From Haliotis rubra (taxonomy: Eukaryota), in assembly GCF_003918875.1 (NCBI RefSeq), contig NW_025767210.1, positions 62,001 through 126,000 of the forward strand: a stretch of 64,000 nt of DNA, in the 5' to 3' direction. Shown here in pieces: positions 25,693-36,910 of the stretch. Within the stretch, counting starts at the first letter, position 1; each line of letters starts with the position of its first letter. The position numbers and the translations under genes are program-made. The notes below the pieces were generated by a model. That model had not been told where the DNA came from. It was given only the letters and a program-made list of their open reading frames with translations, and did no database searches.

Positions 25693-28247
25693 ATGACTAC
25701 CAGCGGGATGGAACCGAAACGTAGGCCGAACTGGACCGAGGAGGAGCGGCTTACGTTAGTTGATGAGGTGCGGAGGAGGGAGGAACGGTTGTTCGGCAAA
25801 TTTAGGGGGTGTGGAGGGAAGAGGGGGGCGGCGATGAAGGAAGAGGCATGGGAAGAGGCAATGGCGGCGCTAAATGCGTAAGTTACTTTTCGTTGAATGC
25901 ACCCGTAACTAAATTCCCATGAAAAGAATATGATAAATATAACCATAAACAACGTAATCGTGCATGGATGTATCTGACACCTGTGCAAAAACTGAAGGTG
26001 AAAAATTAGGTCAGCAGAGTGCCGAATTAGAGTTACTTGCCCCGTACATTATGACTGCAAGCTTTTGGCCCACGTTAATATTGGGTCACGTTACTCAAAG
26101 TTTTGCAGATTTGTGCTTATTCCTAATGTATTTTTTTTGTCTGGTAAATAATACCACAGTATAGATTTGTTAAAAATCTACTGTGAAAAGTAGTTGTACC
26201 AAATTCATAAGCATGAAATATTTTTTACGAATCCAGACTGTGGTATCGACGAGTGGGTGTGACCATGCAGTACCGTGCCAACATGTATATACATGTATAA
26301 TCAGTCTCACGTTTGTTTTTACAATAGGAAATCGAGTCAAATTAAACGGACGGTAGAGGAAGGGAAGAAACAGTATGCGAACTTGAAGCAAAGAGGTATA
26401 TCATTATACATTTTCTTTATGAAGTTGCTTAGATATTTAAATAAACATTTTCAAGCCTATTTGATGATTATAATGACATTAATGTCACAAATTAATTCTG
26501 TTAGAAATATTTTTTATACATGTAATGTAAACCGAAATGATTAAAATTTAATATCTTTATCAATACCTTGCAAAATATTTTCAGCAAAAGAAAAGAATGA
26601 TGCCAGCCGTCGACCCAAAACAGGAGGAGGGCCCAAACCAGCTTCCCCAACAATGCCAGAAGCTGCCATCCTGGAGACTATGGGGGGAAGGGCAACTCTG
26701 AGTGGTCTAGCAGGAGGCATAGACACTGAAGGTATAACTTATTTCAACTGACTTTGGGCTATAAAAATGGTATTTGCTGCATTTTGTGTAGTTTTAACAA
26801 CACATAAACACATAACTCAAAATAGAGCAATAATTTGTATTTCTTAATTGCATTGATTCACATAAAATATTCATAAAGAGTGTATGAAATAACACAAAAA
26901 CATCACTAAATCTACATATTACATGAGGAAACATTGTTCCTAATTTCACATTATTCAACAGTTAAAAACTGCAATTTTCCCTCAGATATGACTATATGTG
27001 ACCAGGCAATGTTACTATTGGAACAGAACACTTTCTTGACCAAAGTTTTTTTCATACTTTAGCAGCACAAAAAACTGTAAAAATATAAGCCAGTTTGTAT
27101 ATTAACAAGGTGTTATTTGGAAACATAAAACATTAACAATGCTTTATTTAGCAATTTAGCTTCATCACATTTTCCTACTGTAAATGCCATTTCATCATAA
27201 TATTAATAGTAGTAATAATAATGTTCATTTATATGTAGCTCCAAACTCCACATAAGGTATGCCCATAACGCTGACAATGAATAGCACAGCACACCTCAGA
27301 TAAGTGCATTCAAAAATACTGTTTCACTTTCCTCATGAATGTATTTTCAGATTTTGATGTAATTCCTTGTGTTTCGGAGGAAGAACCAAGTGTGTCCATG
27401 GACTTCACTGATACTAATGAGCATGGTTTGTCCACACTTATATACCATTCTTATACTTTATCCATTAAAATAAACTGTAAAATGTGGGACACATTTTTAT
27501 CGTACCATTACATGTTAATGTACTAAAAGATAATTGTCTCTTTAACCATGACATACTGACCAATCAGACTTTGCAATAATAATAAAATGGGACTATTCAT
27601 CTCCCAATAACTACTGTATTATCTGACAAACAGATGACTATTTACATAAAAAAATATATATATAGAAATCTATTGTAACCACTTTTAACATTTATAAATG
27701 AAATGGAACTGTCCTATGAAGAGATACTAAAAAAAATATATATTTGACTTATTGTCTCATTTCTAAATTTATATTGTGATTTATATGATTATAATCTGGC
27801 ATAACTGATATGCTATTCTATAGCAATTCTTTACAATAATAACTGTTGACAATTATTTATATAACAGTTCTTCAAAGTGCAATAAATTTCCTTGTCATGG
27901 AGGAAGGAATACTGCAGATCCCAACTATCGCCGCTGGTACTCCAAAATCAACCACTGTTACCACTACTACTACTGCTACTCCTATTGCAACTACATCTAC
28001 AGCTACAACTGCAACAGCAAATGCCACTAACAATTCCAATCTTCCGCCCAAAAAGAAACTAAAGCTGCAACAGCAGGAAATACTAACCCTACAGGCAGAG
28101 GAATCCAAATTTAAATGTGAAATTGTTAAATTAAAAGAAGAAGCAGAATTTTTCAGGGCAAAGGTAGCATTGATTAAATTAGAACACGAAAAGCTGAAAT
28201 TAGAAATGGAAATACTAAGAAAACAGAACCGTATTAGTGAAGAATAA
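25693..28247 (+). CDS. Harbinger Myb/SANT-like DNA-binding protein (about 284 aa, 5 exons)
   Basis: Exons 25693-25877, 26328-26395, 26585-26731, 27351-27425, 27868-28247 join in frame (855 nt): RRPNWTEEERLTLVDEV...LFG...KEEAWEE...LNA...RTVEEGKKQYANLK...KTGGGP; C-terminal PPKKKLK NLS-like motif and coiled coil. Start could be 25684, 25693 or 25708. Confidence 0.85.
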
Positions 28248-28476
28248 TTGTTAGGGGTGCCAAAAATGAAACATACAACTTTATGGATGAAATTTTCTCT
28301 TTACTGCATAGAATGATGTTTTGATGACTAATATTCATACACGTAATTGTTAATCAAGGCAGATAATCTGTCTTAAGTTATTTTCTGATAATGTACATTT
28401 CTATTCATTACTTGACCAAATATGTTCAACACAGAATGTTCTCATGAGATATATTGTTTAAGCTGTAATGGAATAT

Positions 28477-31400
28477 CTAACTAAAACACTGCTGACACAA
28501 GTGTTTTCGAACATTGTTACCTGTCCAGTCATCAGCTATATGGACACTGACATTTTGATTGGTCTCAATATCAACCTGTTCAACATCTATTATATCTTTT
28601 CTATCAATGCCAATATTATGTAGAATGACACAAGCAGTTACTATTTTGCAGGCATTTTGAGGTGTTGTCCTTAATCCTCTATGTAAACAAGAAAATCTCC
28701 TTTTCAAAATTCCAAAACTCTGCTCAATCAAAACTCTGGTTCTACTGTGACTTCTGTTATATTTCTCTTCAGCATGGGATGATGTGGTTAGGAATGGTGT
28801 CATCAAGTAGGACTTGCATTGATATCCTGAGTCTCCCAACAGTAATCCCTTGTAGGTACCTATAACATATAACAAATCACAATCTGTGTGGATGGTTCTG
28901 TTGACATTCCTATGTAAATTTGCAAACATGAAATATATGAAAATAAAAAAAGATATCCTACGGCTATTAATATTTCCTTCTGAAGTAAGAGAGAGCAAGT
29001 GAGTTTACAATCTTTAACATTGTACCGGTAGTTAAACTGTGGCAAGCTTAGCCTATCAGTGTAAAAATTGAAATGGCCGAGGGCTGGAGCAAAGAGTGTT
29101 GTGAGCATGCAGTGTTATTATTACTGTAGGTAAGACTGAGAGTAAAGCTTAGTATTTAGAGCTGGAAGAATATAATTAAGTAAAAATAGTGGTGGTCCGA
29201 TTAATTGAAATAATCAAATATTGGTCGCAATGACTAAACGACCAAGCAATCGATGTTTTCTCATAATCAAACATTAACAATTTTGGAACATTTGTTTGCA
29301 TTAACATTATTTTTTACAAGGTTGGTTGTGTCTGTTACATTTCATAAGCACTTCCAGCTCGTTTCAAGTCATGACTGAATTTATTATAAAAACTCAAGAA
29401 AAATTATGTTCCTAACATACAAGTTTTGTGCAATTAGTTAAAAAATGTATAAGAACTACACGTTTTCTACTCTATTTTTTGTGCATTAACAAACATATCC
29501 AGGAAAATTTGAATAATGACGTTAACCAAATATTTTCGATAATTGATTGGTTGTAATGAACCAATCATCAGTTAAGAGATTCTAACCAATGCCCAACACT
29601 ATTAGGAAACATAACTAAGCTTCTACCATTTTATCATATAAAACATACCAAGTGTATGACAGGTCTTCTTTTTGTTAAATATAGTAAGTAAATGGAAACG
29701 ATGTCTTACATAGGGATGTCATGATACATAAGTTTCATGAATCGATATGTAACCTGATACCCATGTCATGATTCAATACACAATACAATACCCATTTTCG
29801 CGGCATTATTGCTTAAATTTGGTAACATTTTGAACATTAATGTTGAAATATTGTCCATGAAAAGATCAACATGTTTGATTCTTAGAGATAATAAGTTCTA
29901 ATTTCCCATCTATGTGCATGAAATATAATCTTTTATAACCCTCATAACATCAAAAAACATGATACAATTGATAAATGTAAATATTTATAATATTTAAACC
30001 AATATTTTTAAACATAAATATCAATACAATTGTCAATGTATCGATAATTGTATTGCCTTAGAAAAAGTATCGATGCATTGATGTATCAATGTGTCATGGC
30101 ATCCCAAGTCATACACCTTACTACTTCATATGATGTACCTAATATTGTACCTCATCTTCAGTAAAAAGCTATGTTCATATATAAAATGTACCTACTATTA
30201 ATTCAGAAGAACAGAACCACAATTAATATTTTGTTTGAAAAAAAGTCTTCAAGAATTATTAAATAAACTGTGTTCTTCAAACAGTGTCATTTGGTATTTT
30301 GTTTGTTTATACAGTGGAAGTTATGTTATTACAGTTGCTCTATGAAGTTATACCATTTTCAAACGCAATGCTGATTCTGCTGTCTCTGAAGATGTGACTA
30401 TCATGGACACTCCCTGGCCACTTTGCAACACAGTTGATGAATTTGTATCTCGCATCACATATCATCTGAAAAGTGATTGAAATACTATGTCAGCTTAATA
30501 TAACAATTATTATTTGAAATCAGTAGGTAATTGGTCTTGACTGTTTTGGATTTACATTTGAGCATAAAAGTGACGGAGTTTAGTTTTATGCCAGCGCTTT
30601 TTAGCAATATTCGAGCAATATCATGGCAGGGGACAACAGAATTGAGCTTCACACATTCTACCAGTGTGGTGAGGAATAGGGCAAAATTCAAATTTGACTT
30701 AAGAAGAATTGATATGGTGATAATCTACATTTTGGTGGTAACAGCATAGGTAATGAAATATGTTTTTTTTAATGCTGAAAGTAATTTCATGCCTTGTACA
30801 TGAGAAAAGTGGTTATTAGTTAACATAAACATATTACCTGAACATTGAGTGAATGAAAGCCTTTCCTGTTCAAATAGTCTGCTTCATTCTCAGATGGTGC
30901 CATTAAACGGATGAATGTTCCATCCACACATCCCAGAACATTGGGGAATCCTGAAAAGTACATTTTCCATAATTCACATTTTTTTGATAAATTCATATAT
31001 TATACAATTATTATATAGACATTATTGTATCATTAAGTTTTGGGTGTTTTTTAAACAGTACATCAAGGAATATTTCTGGTTCTTTTCAAGTTTATAAAAA
31101 TATATTTTTATCATATCGTATGGGATATGTCTGTAAAGTTTAATTTTTTCCGACATTGGCAATATCGTTATGTCAGTGGGTCTTACGGGAATTTTTAATA
31201 CGAGTCTCTTCATTTATGCATGATTACATATCGGTTCATCGGAACTAGAAATGACAAGATTGAGAGTAGCCCCCCTTTATTTGACCTAGAATGAGCTTTG
31301 CTACGAAAGGAAGGTAAAAGCAATCAAATACACTCACCTGCAATTTGAAAGAACTGTTTCTTGGTCATGTCGGCATCTTGTCCGCTTGGCATACGTATGA

Positions 31401-31761
31401 AATGCCGGAGATGTTCAATGAGACAAGAGCATACATCCCTGACTGACCGAAACACAGATGAGGTGGAGATGGTCGCATACGTATCGGCGATTAATGAATA
31501 AAAAGACCCAGTGGCCAAGAAACGCAGAGTGACTAGAACTTGCGTTAAGACAGGTAGTGGGTTGCTTCGGATTGAACACCGTTCGAGTTTCCCGCAAACA
31601 AGTGAAACAATAAATAAAATACTCTCAGCACGGAACCGGAACCGCAGAAAGAGCTCCTCTTGTGACATAACCTCGAGAGGGTTCTGTCTGTCAACTAATG
31701 ATCTACTCAAAGTGGATTTACGTTTCACTCTACGGCGTCTACGTCTATTTATCATCGCCAT
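28477..31761 (-). CDS. Harbinger (HARBI1-like) DDE transposase, 343 aa, 4 exons
   Basis: Exons 31338-31761, 30838-30950, 30354-30465, 28477-28859 total 1032 nt with no internal stop. Motifs [78 protein letters not shown]. Confidence 0.92.
29711..30107. mobile_element. hAT-like MITE inside transposase intron 3
   Basis: Imperfect TIRs TAGGGATGTCATGATACAT / ATGTGTCATGGCATCCCAA; 8-bp TSD GTCTTACA / GTCATACA (7/8 match). Confidence 0.65.
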
Positions 31762-32743
31762 TTTGTGATCACCAAAAAACTTAAATCACCTCCCTACCAA
31801 ACTCAAATTGTCAACTCAGTTTGAGTCCAAAATCGAACTCAGTTTTGTTTGAGAAATGCATTTTGCTGAGTTTTCTCAAATTTGAGTAAAAACTCAGACT
31901 TAAGTCTGAAAACAGACTTAAGTTTGTTTCGAGAAATCGGGGCCAGGTCTTTCAGAACATTTCAACAACACTCCCAGCCACCTTAACTAAGTCACTGGAT
32001 CAAGTTCAACCTCTGAGACGCTATTCACATCTGTGCAACCATCAGTTTCTTAGTTTTTCCCAGTTAATGTTAAACAGAATACATACGCTTTACGTTCTGC
32101 TCTATGAACTCTTTCTATAGATTCCGCAAACACTGGAATAATCCATTGTACGTGACATTACCTTTCACCACACAACAACTAATATATATTCCCCATCATT
32201 CACATGGAGATGTGTTAAGATTCGGCATTAAAGATGTGTTTGTAAAATGTAAAGGTTGTTATCCATAATACTCCTTGTAATTATTATGTCCAATTTGTTG
32301 AGTTCATATAGGGGTGAGAGATGCAAATCATATATTTTATCATTCTCAGACTATTTTACAAATTAAAACCTTCAGAAGATTTGTGGTTGAACCTTCTATT
32401 TGATGGTATTCTAAGAATTACATTCTTACTGTATTGCGTGTGAAAAAGGACTTCTGTCTTTTGTTATCAGAAATGCTGAGGCCTAATCTTTTACACAGCA
32501 ATATATAACCAGGTCTGAGAATGTACATGTGTGCCATTCGCTCATTTGGCCTTTCAGACAAAATTCCAAGCAAGCCTATCTGCTGGTGATAACCACATAT
32601 TTGTCGCTAATACCAACGTCATTCAATTCTATAAATGTGTATCGTGACTGAGATACAAATGGAATGTCTAGGTTCCTAAATGCACCAGATCCTATCAGTA
32701 TAAAACAAATCCTCTAGGGCTTGGTTTTACCATTCCGATTTCC

Positions 32744-34276
32744 ATGCCAACGATGCAGTGGCTTGCGCTTCTCCTTCTTCCTGCGGTGCTTGCCAGGAAA
32801 AATGTTCTGTTTCTCGTTTCGGATGATATGCGGCCAAACCTTGGGGCATATCTTGGTCCTGACTTCCCTTCGCCTGTCTATCCAACAATGCAGACACCTA
32901 CTCTTGATGCTTTAGCCAAGACAAGTCTGCTCCTCAAGAGAGCCTATGTTTCCCAAGCACTTTGCAATCCAAGCAGAACAGCCCTTCTTACGAGTAGGAG
33001 ACCCGATACAAGCCACATCTACGCCATCGGCCCTTACTTCAGGAAATATGGAGGAAACTTTACCACTCTGCCAGAGTACTTCAAGCAGAACGGCTACAGG
33101 ACAATAGGGATGGGGAAGGTGTTCCATCCAGGGAAGTCTTCGGGTAATGATGATCCTGTGTCATGGACAGACCCGTATTTTCATGCACCCGATAAGTATG
33201 CTAGAGATCATCTTATTTGGCAAGCTGTGTCTGAGGAAAGAGAAGCACAGCAACCTCTTCAAGACACCCTGCTGGCTGACAATGCAATAAAGGTTCTGCA
33301 AGATGTGGCGCCGAAAGCTAAGTCAGGTGAGCAGCCTTTCTTTGTGGCGGTAGGACTTCACAGGCCTCATCTTCCCTGGAATTTTCCAGCTCGTTTTATG
33401 GACTATTACCCTCTTGAGAATATAAGACCTCCTCCTAATTATTTTGCACCAGTGGGAATGCCAACAGTTGCTTGGCACAACTTCACTAACATGGGTCGAT
33501 ACAAGAACATTAAGTCGCTCGGGTTAAAAGACGTTGGAAATATCAACTTTACCTTTCCGCATAACGTTACCCTAGAGTTAAGAAGGGCATACTACAGCTG
33601 TATGAGTTTCACAGACTACGAACTTGGCAGAGTAATAGCTGAGCTTGACAATCTTGGCCTGTCAGACAACACTATCATATCCTTCTGGGGAGACCATGGG
33701 TGGCAGCTTGGGGAACATAGTGAATGGGAGAAGCAAACAAACTTTGAGGATGCTACCCATGCTCCCATGATGATTCACATCCCAGGACTCACCGACCAGG
33801 GGATCGTCACAGAACAGTTCACGGAATTTGTGGACCTCTTTCCAACACTTGCTGAAGCTGCAGAACTTCCTAAAATCGAGACATGTCCTGACAATTCGCA
33901 AAATGTTACCCTGTGTACAGAAGGACTCAGTCTGATGCCTCTTGTAAAGAATCCAAATGCGACATTGAAGACTGCAGCCTTCTCCCAGTATCACAGAGAT
34001 GGCGATCCTCTGACGGGCAAAGCTGTGATGGGTTATACCATGAGAACAGACTCATATCGTTACACAGAATGGGTCAAGTTTACTGGTGGTAAGAAGTTCG
34101 TTACCCACTGGAATAAGTTGGTTGCTGCAGAGCTTTACGATCATACCGTGGATCCACAGGAAAACTACAATCAAGCATTGAATGCTACCTATGCTAACAT
34201 CAGGAAGGAGCTTAGTGCCAAGCTACAGGCTGGGTGGAGAAAGGCAATGCCTGTCGGAGAAACGCTAAGCCATTAA
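32744..34276 (+). CDS. IDS: Iduronate-2-sulfatase-like sulfatase, copy 3
   Basis: 510-aa intact ORF with the same catalytic motifs. Confidence 0.92.
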   Translation: MPTMQWLALLLLPAVLARKNVLFLVSDDMRPNLGAYLGPDFPSPVYPTMQTPTLDALAKTSLLLKRAYVSQALCNPSRTALLTSRRPDTSHIYAIGPYFRKYGGNFTTLPEYFKQNGYRTIGMGKVFHPGKSSGNDDPVSWTDPYFHAPDKYARDHLIWQAVSEEREAQQPLQDTLLADNAIKVLQDVAPKAKSGEQPFFVAVGLHRPHLPWNFPARFMDYYPLENIRPPPNYFAPVGMPTVAWHNFTNMGRYKNIKSLGLKDVGNINFTFPHNVTLELRRAYYSCMSFTDYELGRVIAELDNLGLSDNTIISFWGDHGWQLGEHSEWEKQTNFEDATHAPMMIHIPGLTDQGIVTEQFTEFVDLFPTLAEAAELPKIETCPDNSQNVTLCTEGLSLMPLVKNPNATLKTAAFSQYHRDGDPLTGKAVMGYTMRTDSYRYTEWVKFTGGKKFVTHWNKLVAAELYDHTVDPQENYNQALNATYANIRKELSAKLQAGWRKAMPVGETLSH

Positions 34277-35395
34277 GGAAATATCACATGTAAAGGTATA
34301 TGGATTGAATAAATATTGTCATTTACCGTTTTATCAAATTTTGTTTTGGAAATAGATAAGGTTACTAAACCTTTTCCACAATCAAAAGAAGTCTCGATTC
34401 GATTGTGAGATTCGTATAGTTCCTGGAGCACGTGTGCCGAGTTTTCATGAACTCTCTTCCAGTGGATCTTAACGGAAATAATTAATACAATTACAACACT
34501 GTTCCCTAAAAAATTACACTTACACGCGGAAAAATTCATCCCTTGAGTGCCTGTTTCTGGACATGCAGAGGGAAGTCAGGGTCCTTGTATGAACCGATGT
34601 CTTTTACATGTAATCGGCAACAAGAAACAAAACATGTTCATGGCACAGGGCCAATCTTTTTTTGCGGCAATCTGATCAGTTGAGAAACGATAATTGGCGT
34701 TAAATTTCAGAATTTCTTCTTGACTTGTAACTGCGAGTTAGTATCTTTCATAATTAGTATATTCTGCTGTGTCTCAAATTTGACTTACTAGTGCCATACG
34801 GCTAGGTGCTACGACAGATTACAACACTACGATAAGAGCGTGACTATATTTCGTAAATACTGCTCCGAACGTCCAGCTTTTCAATCCTGCGGCTAACTTG
34901 GATACGATGAAGGTCACGTTCGTCAATATTATCAAATTGGTGTGTCAGGAGCTTGTCAAACGATTCCCCTTAAAAACCACGTTTCACTGTAAAAGTGACT
35001 CGCTGCTGTGGCGGATTATGATGTAGTTACATCTCATGTAGTTTTATCTGCGAAGATTTGCAGAACGTTTGACCTTGTTTTATAAACAGAATGTTCTAAC
35101 ACGCACACAGACATATACACAAATCTCTACATTCCAGTGATTATCTTGATCACGTTAATTGAGTAAGGAGTGTGTCATGTACAAAATGAAATGTTAACTT
35201 TTCTCCAGGACTTCCGATCAGATTTGTGTGTGCGTCCCTCTGTGTGGATTGGCGCGCGCGTGCGCGCGTGTGTGTTTGAGTGTTTTTTTGCGTGCGGGTC
35301 TTTGCGTGTGTGTCTTCATGTAATTTTGTTTGTGTGTGTGTGTCCGTGTGTGTCTCCGTGTGTGTGACTGTGTGTCTTTGGTTATTGGTTTCTCG

Positions 35396-35480
<85 letters not shown>

Positions 35481-36910
35481 CCCATTCACAGCTAGGTGGA
35501 CTTGGACACATAGTCACAGAACTTTGTCCACGTTTACTGCACGTTGCTCTACCCGCAACTAGGTGTTTGCACGTTTACATCTGGCTACCATCTGGTCATT
35601 TACTGACGGATTCGTATGTTCTTGTAAGTGCACAGGGTTGTGTACTGTACACTAGGGATTGTAACAACACTAAAAGAATTTGCACACAAAGTTGTTTTCA
35701 GGGTTTTTGCACCCTTTACATGGGCTCGATTCCGGCACCTCAAGCTCGCTAGATCAGTAGCCAGGCGCCTTAGCCAGCTCGCCCTTGCTAAATGTCATCA
35801 AGCAGGTCACTGACTCTGACCATGTGATCCATTAAGTCGTCTTGGTTACGTGGAACCAATGGGAAACCGGGAGTCCCCACACGCTAGAAGCAGTGTTTAT
35901 TATTTGAACACTCTAAGTAAAAGTGAAAAAAGAACCCATTCCACAATCACAGAGAAGTCCATTGAACTATCATAGCCTTATCGTATCTTTGACAGTGAAT
36001 GGACTACATTGCAAATGTTGTGGACAGTCATACATGACTGAAACCTGTCGACATACGCCATGTAGAACGATTAGGATACAGGCCCTCCATCTAGAAGGCC
36101 GACTTGAGGTCAGGTCTTTCAGAACATTTCAACAACACTCCCAGCAACCTTGACTAAGTCACTGGATCAAGTTCAACCTCTGAGACGCTATTCACATCTG
36201 TGCAACCATCAGTTTCTTAGTTTTTCCCAGTTAATGTTAAACAGAATACATACGCTTTACGTTCTGCTCTATGAACTCTTTCTATAGATTCCGCAAACAC
36301 TGGAATAATCCATTGTACGTAACATTACCTTTCACCACACAACAACTAATATGTATTCCCAATCATTCACATGGAGATGAGTTAAGATGCGGCACTGAAG
36401 ATGTGTTTGTAAAATGTAAAGGTTGTTATCCATAATACTCCTTGTAATTATTATGTCCAATTTGTTGAGTTCATATAGGGGTGACAAATGCAAATCATAC
36501 ATTTAATCATACTCAGATTATTTTAAAAATTAAAACCTTCAGAAGATTTGTGGTTGAACCTACTATTTGATGGTATTCTAAGAATTACATTCTTACTGTA
36601 TTGCGTGTGAAAAAGGACTTCTGTCTTTTGTTATCAGGTATACTAAGGCCTAATCTTTTACATAACAATATATAACCAGGTCTGAGAATGTACATGTGTG
36701 CCATTCGCTCATTTGGCCTTTCAGACAAAATTCCAAGCAAGCCTATCTGCTGGTGATAACCACATATTTGTCGCTAATGCAAACGTCATTCCGTTCTGTA
36801 AATGTGTATCGTGATTGAGATAAAAATGGAATGTCTAGGTTCCTAAATGCACCAGATCCTATCAGTATAAAACAAATCCTCTAGGGCTTGGTTATACCAT
36901 TCCGATTTCC

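Larger units (their letters stand above)
25408..31943. mobile_element. PIF/Harbinger DNA transposon, apparently full-length and autonomous (6536 bp)
   Basis: Perfect 28-bp TIRs GCCCCGATTTCTCGAAACAAACTTAAGT (25408-25435, 31916-31943); CAG TSD confirmed against the empty sites GAGGTCAGGTCTTT near 21070 and 36110; encodes a transposase and a Myb-like protein. Confidence 0.95.

Noticed and set aside
28477-31761. Domesticated host HARBI1/NAIF1 gene pair
   Set aside because: Both genes lie between perfect TIRs with a TSD, and empty paralogous sites exist, so this is a transposon.
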